Positions 10,037 through 16,490 of a stretch of DNA of 62,006 bases are shown in pieces. A program made the translations under genes and the position numbers. The stretch's first letter is position 1. The number at the start of each line of letters is the position of its first letter. The stretch is from Alphaproteobacteria bacterium (GTDB lineage: Bacteria > Pseudomonadota > Alphaproteobacteria > Rs-D84), in assembly GCA_017427715.1 (NCBI GenBank), contig JAFRSF010000030.1, positions 1 through 62,006 of the forward strand. Reading direction: 5' to 3'. Under the pieces are notes generated by a model. That model was not told the origin of the DNA. It was given only the letters and a program-made list of their open reading frames with translations, and did not search any database.

Positions 10037-10555
10037 TTATAATAAATATCTAACATCACAAATAGGACTACGATTTTTTTCTGATGTTTTTTCCAGTTTG
10101 TCGTTGATAATTTTCAACTTTTCTAATTTTGCTTTTGTTGGTTCAACGTAATCATTTTTGACGGTTCTGTATGCTTTCAAGACAGTGAAGGGGTTAAAAT
10201 AAAATTTGTATGCAGTTAAAACACAATCGGCACCTTCATGGGTTTTAAGATTTGCAAGTTGTATTCCGTTATCTAGTGTTATTTTGTATGTAGTATATGC
10301 GTGTGCTGTACCCGTTACAAAACGTTCGCGTATTATGGTATCTGGTTTTCCGTTATTATTTATATCTATAAAAAAAGTATCAATTTGTGCAATTCCATAT
10401 TGATTGTCTGATAAATCAAAAGTTTTTGTTTTGTGCGGTGGGGGCAGTCCATCAGAAAACACACCTGTGTATTCGGTTGTTTTTTCACAACCGATACACG
10501 CAAACATAACAAATAAAATTTTATTTAACACTTTCAGCATGACATCTACAACCAT
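10037..10555 (-). CDS. putative lipoprotein, hypothetical
   Basis: Track ORF is 10037..10582. ATG 10555 follows an SD (aaggaagaat). The lipobox-like sequence LFVMFACIGC lies near the N-terminus. The gene overlaps the 3' end of the upstream gene by ~35 nt. Confidence 0.5.
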   Translation of the reverse strand: MVVDVMLKVLNKILFVMFACIGCEKTTEYTGVFSDGLPPPHKTKTFDLSDNQYGIAQIDTFFIDINNNGKPDTIIRERFVTGTAHAYTTYKITLDNGIQLANLKTHEGADCVLTAYKFYFNPFTVLKAYRTVKNDYVEPTKAKLEKLKIINDKLEKTSEKNRSPICDVRYLL

Positions 10556-11126
10556 ATTCTTCCTTTGGTCGTGGTGTATCATACCATGTTCTTATTTTCC
10601 CGTCCAGTACTTCATGTTCTGGTCGAACTTTATCATCGCCAACAGTTACCCAAACGTATGTCTCGTTTTTAGGAACTAAACGTTTTTTACCTGGTATATT
10701 TCCTTCGTGTTTAGCTATCGCTTTGGCCAGTTGTAGTAAATTATCTTTGGAAAGATTATTCATAGGTGTTGAACGTGGAAAACCTGTTTGTCGCTCTATG
10801 GATTGTAAATAATTTTCAACTTTGTTTTCGCTTGGTGGGGCATACCGATTTATTGTTCCTTCAACGGTTAATTTTTGATAAGCATTTGTTGATAACAGAT
10901 TAACCATAGCATTAAAACCTGTTGCAGTATCAGGAAATATAGCGAATCTGCCGTCCGAACCAATTGCACCATTATCACGTGCAAATTTACCATCTTCTAG
11001 GTTGCCAGGATTGTTATTGCGCCACGCTCTGCTTCCGCCAATGGCTTCATAAACGTTTCCATCATTACCAACAAAGATTCTTGTCGTACCAATTCCAGGA
11101 AATGCGGATATATAAGAAGTTTCCAT
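10521..11126 (-). CDS. phage-derived protein with C-terminal MuF/SPP1-gp7-like motif
   Basis: Strong SD (aaaggagaaattaaATG). The C-terminus WVTVGDDKVRPEHEVLDGKI...P...YGCRCH matches the D-x-RVRP-x-H...G...CRC signature of the phage head-morphogenesis MuF/gp7 family. The N-terminal half carries an AWRNNNPGNL motif that I recall (uncertainly) from phage/virion-associated proteins. Confidence 0.6.
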   Translation of the reverse strand: METSYISAFPGIGTTRIFVGNDGNVYEAIGGSRAWRNNNPGNLEDGKFARDNGAIGSDGRFAIFPDTATGFNAMVNLLSTNAYQKLTVEGTINRYAPPSENKVENYLQSIERQTGFPRSTPMNNLSKDNLLQLAKAIAKHEGNIPGKKRLVPKNETYVWVTVGDDKVRPEHEVLDGKIRTWYDTPRPKEEYGCRCHAESVK

Positions 11127-11151
11127 TTAATTTCTCCTTTGGTTATTAAAC

Positions 11152-11174
11152 AAAAAATCCCGCATACGGCGGGA
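11152..11174 (-). terminator. intrinsic terminator (minus sense), proximal to the MuF-like gene
   Basis: The minus strand reads TCCCGCcgtatGCGGGA followed by TTTTTTG. Confidence 0.65.
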
Positions 11175-11180
11175 CAAAAC

Positions 11181-11201
11181 AAAAAAACGGCGAAAAGCCG
11201 T
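11181..11201 (-). terminator. intrinsic terminator (minus sense), distal of a tandem pair
   Basis: The minus strand reads ACGGCttttcGCCGT followed by TTTTTTTG. Confidence 0.65.
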
Positions 11202-11218
11202 CTGGATTCATGCACAAC

Positions 11219-11247
11219 ATTATATCACAAAATCACCTGAAAATCAA
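11219..11247 (-). promoter_or_regulatory. near-consensus sigma70 promoter TTGATT-17-(TGa)TATAAT
   Basis: The minus strand reads aaTTGATTttcaggtgattttgTGaTATAATg: extended -10, 17-nt spacer. Confidence 0.55.
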
Positions 11248-11304
11248 TTTGAAATCATGTAACAAAACGGATACAAACATTATCAACGTGCAATGACGTG
11301 ATGA

Positions 11305-11323
11305 ATGGCAGTCCCAATGGGAA
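11305..11323 (-). repeat. exact 19-nt copy of the tRNA-Glu 3' end (att-like direct repeat)
   Basis: atggcagtcccaatgggaa occurs at 11305-11323 and 11493-11511 (T-stem 3' strand + acceptor 3' strand + CCA + 1 nt). Confidence 0.9.
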
Positions 11324-11453
11324 AGTAAATTCCCAACGTGGTACATAAATGTACCTCGTTGGGTCCCTTTCGGCGCGTAAGGTAAAAACTGCGTAACCTT
11401 GTTTTTACCAACTTTGCACACGAACCCTATGGGTTCTCTTCTGGAACTGGCAG

Positions 11454-11483
11454 ATAAAAATAAAATTCGGAATAAATCCGAAT
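11454..11483 (-). terminator. terminator just downstream of tRNA-Glu
   Basis: The minus strand reads ATTCGGatttattCCGAAT followed by TTTTATTTTTAT. Confidence 0.6.
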
Positions 11484-11493
11484 TTAATTTTTA

Positions 11494-11568
11494 TGGCAGT
11501 CCCAATGGGAATCGAACCCATGTTACCAGAATGAGAATCTGATGTCCTGACCGCTAGACGATGGGACC
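11494..11568 (-). tRNA. tRNA-Glu (anticodon CUC)
   Basis: Hand-folded 75-nt cloverleaf: GGTCCCA TC GTCT AGCGGTCA GGAC A TCAGA TTCTCAT TCTGG TAAC ATGGG TTCGATT CCCAT TGGGACT G CCA. The body resembles bacterial tRNA-Glu, and CCA is encoded. Confidence 0.88.
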
Positions 11569-11728
11569 ATATGCGTACATATTATACAGAAACATTTCTG
11601 TTTTCAATCGTTTTTGAGCAATTTTGTAAAAATTGACAATATCGGCTTGACTTTTTTTTTTTTAGTATATTATTGTGGTGATGGAGAGAAAATATTCTCT
11701 TGAATGTGATACAAAGAAGGAGCAAGAA

Positions 11729-12064
11729 ATGACAAACAAAAGCAATAAAATGCGTTCAGCATCAAACAAACTTAAAGAAAGTAATGATTTGCATACGGTA
11801 TATGGTGATTTAATAGAGATACGCAAATCGTTAGCAGCAGCAGGTTGGAATTATGATTATTATCCAATTTCTGTATGTAACGCCTATATAAATCATATAG
11901 GTATTTTAAAGGATATTAAACTTGCATCACCTGTTTCAAAAATTGCAGAAGAAACCGATAAGTTTTTGTTGAAAGAGGTGTCTTTGTTTATGAAAGATAT
12001 GCAAAAATTGATTGCTGGATATGAAAAATCAAAGATGCTTGGTGATAATGAAAAACAAAGATAA
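11729..12064 (+). CDS. hypothetical protein
   Basis: Track ORF is 11675..12064. ATG 11729 has a strong SD (gaaggagcaagaaATG). A terminator follows. Confidence 0.5.
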   Translation: MTNKSNKMRSASNKLKESNDLHTVYGDLIEIRKSLAAAGWNYDYYPISVCNAYINHIGILKDIKLASPVSKIAEETDKFLLKEVSLFMKDMQKLIAGYEKSKMLGDNEKQR

Positions 12065-12070
12065 AAAAAT

Positions 12071-12097
12071 CCCGCCAAATCGGCGGGTGTTTTTTTA
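12071..12097 (+). terminator. rho-independent terminator
   Basis: cccgcc-aaatc-ggcggg followed by a T-run. Confidence 0.85.
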
Positions 12098-12323
12098 TCT
12101 GTGCTTTTCGTTGGGGGATACTTGTATTTTAAAGGTACGTTTAAAATCAAGTATTTTTTTGCATTTTTTTGTTTTTTCATTTTTCTTTTGTAATCCGCAG
12201 AAAACCGGTGTTTGTAGCCGTTTTTGTATTTTTTGTATTTTACCTTTTTATTGGACTTCCACAAACGTACCTTTGTGTAATAATTTCCTATCAGAGAATT
12301 AACAGTTTAGGAAGGGGAAATTT

Positions 12324-13235
12324 ATGAAAAAAATCATGATATTAGTATCTTGTTTGACATTGTCTGCGTGTGGTGGTGATATAAGTTGGCTTGGTAATTT
12401 ATGGAACGTACCAGAAAATACGACACCAGCAACACAACCATCAATGGATGAGGTTATTGCTATAAATCAAAATGTGACAATGTTGTCCACCCAATTGGAT
12501 GACGGGACCGATATTTCTGATGTTACGTTTATTAATAATGCTTATGAAGGATACAGTTTTTCGTTGGATTCTGATAAACGTATAGAAGGTTTTGTTAGAA
12601 ATTATGATGGTAAACATTATACAAGAGATTCAAATTCAAATGTTTTTATAGATGATGAAAAAGATTATCGTTACGCATTTGAAAGTTTTGATGAAAATCA
12701 TGTTTTATCGTATTCTGATTTTGGCTTGTTTGATTACGAAGACGATTTTGGCAACGATATGTTGTTTGTTGGTGGATATAATTCAAAACGCATTGACAGT
12801 CCAACAGATTTATATGATGGTTCTGACCCACTTTTTGTGGGCAGCGCAGTTGCTAGGATAGAACGCTCACATACAGGTGGTATCATTGCAAAAACCAATG
12901 ATGCCAGTTTAGCTTTTGGAACGACTAGTTATAAATTATCAATGCCTTTTCATTCACAAGGTGCCGGTGGGGACGATTATTACAATGTAACATATCACAG
13001 TGATGGTAATAAACTAGTATTTGATGGTGGTTATACCGGTGATTATAAATGGAAAGAAGATACAGGCAGTGGTGTAAGTATGCCGGTTGGTATGGGGTCT
13101 GGGCCTATGGCTTATGGTGATAATGGTGTAACCAAAGAAATTGTGGGATTTGTAGGAGTAAGTGGGACAGACCAATATGATTCAAGTGTGACATTTGAAG
13201 CAGTATATGGATTAACCAAAACAAATAATAAATAA
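12324..13235 (+). CDS. surface-type lipoprotein with TbpB/fHbp-like C-terminal beta-barrel pattern
   Basis: Lipobox ILVSCLTLSAC-GGD. The C-terminal end YGDNGVTKEIVGFVGVSG...VTFEAVYGLTK resembles the terminal strands (FYG..A.E.aG.f...aFGa.k) of the transferrin-binding-protein-like lipoprotein barrel. Confidence 0.5.
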   Translation: MKKIMILVSCLTLSACGGDISWLGNLWNVPENTTPATQPSMDEVIAINQNVTMLSTQLDDGTDISDVTFINNAYEGYSFSLDSDKRIEGFVRNYDGKHYTRDSNSNVFIDDEKDYRYAFESFDENHVLSYSDFGLFDYEDDFGNDMLFVGGYNSKRIDSPTDLYDGSDPLFVGSAVARIERSHTGGIIAKTNDASLAFGTTSYKLSMPFHSQGAGGDDYYNVTYHSDGNKLVFDGGYTGDYKWKEDTGSGVSMPVGMGSGPMAYGDNGVTKEIVGFVGVSGTDQYDSSVTFEAVYGLTKTNNK

Positions 13236-13270
13236 TAAAAAAATACCCGCCAGTTTGGCGGGTATTTTTT
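13236..13270. terminator. bidirectional terminator between convergent genes
   Basis: aaaaaaa-tacccgcc-agttt-ggcgggta-tttttt. Confidence 0.85.
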
Positions 13271-14027
13271 ATTTTTCTTTATTTTTTTTGTAAATCTTGA
13301 TTGTTAGTGCTTTGTTTAAATCTTCTGGATGAGATTCCAAATGACCTTTGATAATTGGTATAGCAATTTTTTTTAATTCTTTAACCTTTTGGTCACACAC
13401 AGAATGAAACGCAACATGATAAAAATAATTTGATGAATCTTTGGACATATTATAGATTATCTTTTTGTCTGTTTTATCGTGAACATCAATTTTATCAAAT
13501 TTGCCATAATGCATATTATCAACAATTTTTTTGCGATGCGCCAAAGATATGGTGGGGCCTAAACCTGTGGTTAAACCGCTTAGTAATATCAAAATGTTTA
13601 TATATATGTCTTTATCTAAACCTAGTGGTGTCATAATATAATCCCATGCTGCTTTTACTTGGGGGTCAACATGCACAGGGTGGTTTTTGATATATTCTTG
13701 TGCAGCGATATCTGCGGCATCAAAATCTCTGGTTTCTTTTAAAACTTCTTTGTATTTTTTGCGTGATTCAATGCGAACCTGGTCGTTATTGGCGTTCATA
13801 GAAATACCAAAAAGCATAAAATATGTAAACATGCACAAGAAAAACCATGTGATTGGCAAAACATAAGTCAACGCGTTATAATGTGGAATATATTTTTCAT
13901 ATCTGTCTGTGCGTTCTTCTTCTTGTTGCCATTTATATTTTTTTTCAGAATCAGTCGGCCAAACAACAGGGCGCAATTTTGACCATGCTTTGCGTAGTTT
14001 TTTAGCAAGATATTTTGTTATGTTCAT
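13269..14027 (-). CDS. hypothetical membrane protein
   Basis: 252-aa ORF with SD (aaaaggtcaaacATG). Hydrophobic segments LTYVLPITWFFLCMFTYFMLFGI and INILILLSGLTTGLGP. A TTGACA-type promoter lies upstream at ~14083. Confidence 0.55.
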   Translation of the reverse strand: MNITKYLAKKLRKAWSKLRPVVWPTDSEKKYKWQQEEERTDRYEKYIPHYNALTYVLPITWFFLCMFTYFMLFGISMNANNDQVRIESRKKYKEVLKETRDFDAADIAAQEYIKNHPVHVDPQVKAAWDYIMTPLGLDKDIYINILILLSGLTTGLGPTISLAHRKKIVDNMHYGKFDKIDVHDKTDKKIIYNMSKDSSNYFYHVAFHSVCDQKVKELKKIAIPIIKGHLESHPEDLNKALTIKIYKKNKEK

Positions 14028-14106
14028 GTTTGACCTTTTGGTTGGATTATATATTCAGATTAGTATAAAATATATATTTGTCAAGTTTTTTGTTGTGTAT
14101 GACAAC

Positions 14107-14130
14107 AAAAAAGCGACATTGAAATGTCGC
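14107..14130 (-). terminator. terminator of the 14154..14699 gene
   Basis: The minus strand reads GCGACATttcaATGTCGC followed by TTTTTTG. Confidence 0.75.
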
Positions 14131-14153
14131 CTTTGCGTGTTTATATATGTTTT

Positions 14154-14699
14154 TTAATATTGATTTTGATTGATTTCTTCAACTATTTTGCAGACACATT
14201 CGCCAAATGGGTGGGTTTTCTGCCAATCTGCCACATATTTTGTGGTATTTGTATTTGCAGATTCACAGATTTTATTACATGCCTGTAATTCCAATTCTGC
14301 TTGTTCTTTTTCTTTGTGTGGAATAATATTTTGACCGTTGCATAAACATGCATTTTGATTAAATTCGTATTTCGAAGGCATATATGTGCATTTTTTATCG
14401 CGTTGTACAAAAGCACCACCACATGCGTCAAAACATTTCATAGCGTATTTTTGTTTATCTGCGTCATAATAATATTTTTGTGCTTCATTTTTGCGAACTT
14501 CTTTTAATGCATCACGAAAACACACCCTGTCAAAACTGCTTAAATCATCCATGGAATCCATATCTTTGGATAAAATTATTTTTGTTTTTTCTGCTGTGTT
14601 GGATTGTTCGTCCATCGTTGCACAGCCCGATGCCGTCATCATCGCGAAAGTTGCGCCAGAAGCAATCAAATTTTTAAATGTTTCTTTGAAATTTTTCAT
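14154..14699 (-). CDS. Cys-rich putative lipoprotein, hypothetical
   Basis: SD aaggattaaaatATG. Signal/lipobox FAMMTASGC. About 12 Cys in the mature part. TTGACA-16-TATTGT promoter at ~14720-14755. Confidence 0.55.
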   Translation of the reverse strand: MKNFKETFKNLIASGATFAMMTASGCATMDEQSNTAEKTKIILSKDMDSMDDLSSFDRVCFRDALKEVRKNEAQKYYYDADKQKYAMKCFDACGGAFVQRDKKCTYMPSKYEFNQNACLCNGQNIIPHKEKEQAELELQACNKICESANTNTTKYVADWQKTHPFGECVCKIVEEINQNQY

Positions 14700-14781
14700 A
14701 TTTTAATCCTTGGGTTTTGTTCTTATATAACAATAGTATAGAAATCGGATTTGTCAAGAATTAAGATACGTGCCAAATGTT

Positions 14782-15546
14782 TTAGTGTTTTTTTTGCCAT
14801 AATTTACTAAATAACCAAGCGATTTTGCTGGATTGGGTATTTTGTTTAACGGTTTTTGTATTTATATTGCTTTTGATTTTGGGGTCTGGGCGGTCAGATT
14901 GTATCGGGGGGCGTTTTTTCTGTTCTTGTATCAGTTTTGGCGCAGATATTATGTGATTATTTCCATTGTATACAGTTTCATATATTGCACCATTTGTTGT
15001 GCGAGATATTACGTGTATTTCTAAAACAACTTCTGTCATATTTGGTGATTTGGTTTCAATATATTTATTTGGGTCTATTTTTTTGTTTAATAATACTTTG
15101 TAATTTGCATCCATAACGGTTTCGTATACACCGTTTACAGTGTATTTAATTTCTTTGCTGCCAATCAAAATACCATTTTCATAAACACCGCCACCAACAA
15201 AGCGACCAAATTTATCAAATTTTTTATGTGACACAGTTTTATAATTTGAATCCATAATAATTATGTGTCGCGTACCAGCAGAATCAATATCTGTTTCGAT
15301 ATATTGTGCAATTTTTTTGTTTAGATAATTTTTGCCATTTATTAAAACATCATCACGTGAATATTTTTCATCAGACAATATTAATTTGTTTGAATCGTAT
15401 GTCTTTTTGTGATAGTAACCACCTGAAAATATAATCTTTTTTTGATATCCAACCAACCCAATTTCATTATATAATGCAGATACAATAACTTTGTTTATTT
15501 GTTCTGCTGGATAATTATCAGATTCATTTTGTGTCACTGCACACAC
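14782..15546 (-). CDS. hypothetical protein with repeated G-x-Y-E/K-T-V beta-hairpin-like motifs (MORN/YwqK-like?)
   Basis: 254-aa ORF; the start is uncertain (GTG 15546 or GTG 15537). Recurrent motifs: NYKTVSHKKFD, NGVYETVMDANYKVLLNKKID, GAIYETVYNGNN. The tail is basic and Pro-rich. Confidence 0.45.
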   Translation of the reverse strand: MCAVTQNESDNYPAEQINKVIVSALYNEIGLVGYQKKIIFSGGYYHKKTYDSNKLILSDEKYSRDDVLINGKNYLNKKIAQYIETDIDSAGTRHIIIMDSNYKTVSHKKFDKFGRFVGGGVYENGILIGSKEIKYTVNGVYETVMDANYKVLLNKKIDPNKYIETKSPNMTEVVLEIHVISRTTNGAIYETVYNGNNHIISAPKLIQEQKKRPPIQSDRPDPKIKSNINTKTVKQNTQSSKIAWLFSKLWQKKH

Positions 15547-15625
15547 CTTTGCTTCAAAACATTTATAGTATTTTTTCCTATTTTTGCAAGTATTTTGTGA
15601 TACAGACGAAATCCAAATTAAATAT

Positions 15626-16009
15626 TTACCGTGTTTGATTTATGTTATAAATATCAATTGCAGTTTCAAACCAAAAATCGCGAATATTTGTCGTGCATAA
15701 TTGGGTCACAAAAGAATTATAGATTTTTGGATTTATAATTAAAAAATCACAAAAATATATATTTACCAGATTCCATTCTGGCACAATTGATAGCAATTTA
15801 TTAATAAAACCATCTTTGTAATCATTTTGATTCATAAAAAAAGCGCCATCAGATGTAAAGAAATAAATATTTCCAGGTTTATCAATCACGCCAGATTGTG
15901 ATATTAGAAAAAATTGTAAATCTGATATATTTATTTTGTGAAATGTTTGTTCTGTGATTTCCTGAAACCAAACATTTCTTATACAAATAGTATCGTTCTG
16001 GTGTTTCAT
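15626..16009 (-). CDS. hypothetical protein (127 aa)
   Basis: ORF with SD gaaggatattATG, immediately downstream of the terminator of the structured RNA. No recognisable motif. Confidence 0.5.
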   Translation of the reverse strand: MKHQNDTICIRNVWFQEITEQTFHKINISDLQFFLISQSGVIDKPGNIYFFTSDGAFFMNQNDYKDGFINKLLSIVPEWNLVNIYFCDFLIINPKIYNSFVTQLCTTNIRDFWFETAIDIYNINQTR

Positions 16010-16034
16010 AATATCCTTCGCTTTTTTTTATTAA

Positions 16035-16251
16035 AACAAAAGACCACCAAAATTGGTGGTCGGGGAGTTCTCAAATCAGCAAATTAGTGATTTCGCGGTC
16101 TTTCGGTTACCCGTGTTTTATAACCAGCGGCTCCCCGACCTGGGTCAGGGATGATAACGATGCAAAAGCACCGATAACATCAGAATTACGATGCTTTCGC
16201 ACCGAATTTGCTGGGCTTGAGATAGCCCCGAATCCAATTCCAACTGGATTC
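16035..16251 (-). ncRNA. unclassified structured RNA, either a cis-regulatory leader (riboswitch/attenuator-like) or an sRNA
   Basis: GC-rich, non-coding-looking stretch. It is bounded by a TTGCAA-17-TATAAT promoter (16258-16286) and an intrinsic terminator (GACCACCAattTTGGTGGTC + TTTTGTTTT, 16033-16061). A ~25-nt interrupted closing helix pairs 16061-16085 with 16205-16230. There are two near-identical hairpins CGGTGC-GAAA/TTTT-GCATCG and a GTAA tetraloop hairpin. G.U pairs are valid only in minus sense. Confidence 0.6.
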
Positions 16252-16257
16252 ACACCT

Positions 16258-16286
16258 ATTATAAACGTTATTATTCTAAATTGCAA
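16258..16286 (-). promoter_or_regulatory. sigma70 promoter TTGCAA-17-TATAAT for the structured RNA
   Basis: The minus strand reads ttaTTTGCAAtttagaataataacgttTATAATagg. Confidence 0.6.
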
Positions 16287-16490
16287 ATAATGATAAATAT
16301 ACATGCTAAATGTTTTATAAATATAGAGATACAGATGGTTTTGTGTTTTTCTGAATTGTAATTATCTGGTAATATCTGGTAATTTTTCTTGACTTTTTAT
16401 ACCATGTTTGCTTGTTATATTTGCACAAAAAGTATTATAATCTATTCAAACAATCTAGTTTATAAATTAAAACCAAAGGTAATAATAATT

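Noticed and set aside
11233-11421. Track ORF 11233..11421 (-), 62 aa
   Set aside because: It spans the duplicated tRNA-Glu 3' end and perfect palindromes, has no SD, and its odd composition is best explained as non-coding structured DNA or RNA.
11893-12302. ORFs 11893..12264 (-) and 12012..12302 (+) in the spacer after the 11729..12064 gene
   Set aside because: They run through a strong terminator and overlap the opposite-strand gene. Their Lys/Phe-rich composition is as expected from AT-rich non-coding sequence.
16035-16251. tmRNA (one-piece or alphaproteobacterial two-piece), suggested by the ...CUCCCCGACCACCA 3' end
   Set aside because: There is no GGUUCGA-type T-arm and no G3.U70 acceptor pair. 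No tag reading frame ends in a hydrophobic ...(L/V)AA plus stop in any frame. The ACCA is part of the terminator stem.
16035-16251. SRP (4.5S) RNA, RNase P RNA, 6S RNA, tRNA-Sec or T-box leader
   Set aside because: No GGAA-tetraloop/AGCAGC domain IV motif, no GAGGAAAGUCC (CR-I), and the interior is branched rather than the 6S central bubble. The 87-nt GGUCGGGGAG...CUCCCCGACC-ACCA hairpin lacks a T-loop and a UCA anticodon. The GGUGGU resembling a T-box lies in the 3' half of the terminator, which is the wrong position. These are eye checks only; cmscan should confirm.
16087-16304. Track ORFs 16087..16290 (+) and 16107..16304 (-), 65-67 aa
   Set aside because: Both lie entirely within the GC-rich structured RNA region. 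They have no SD and mirror each other on opposite strands. The RNA interpretation (promoter, long-range helices, terminator) explains the region better.
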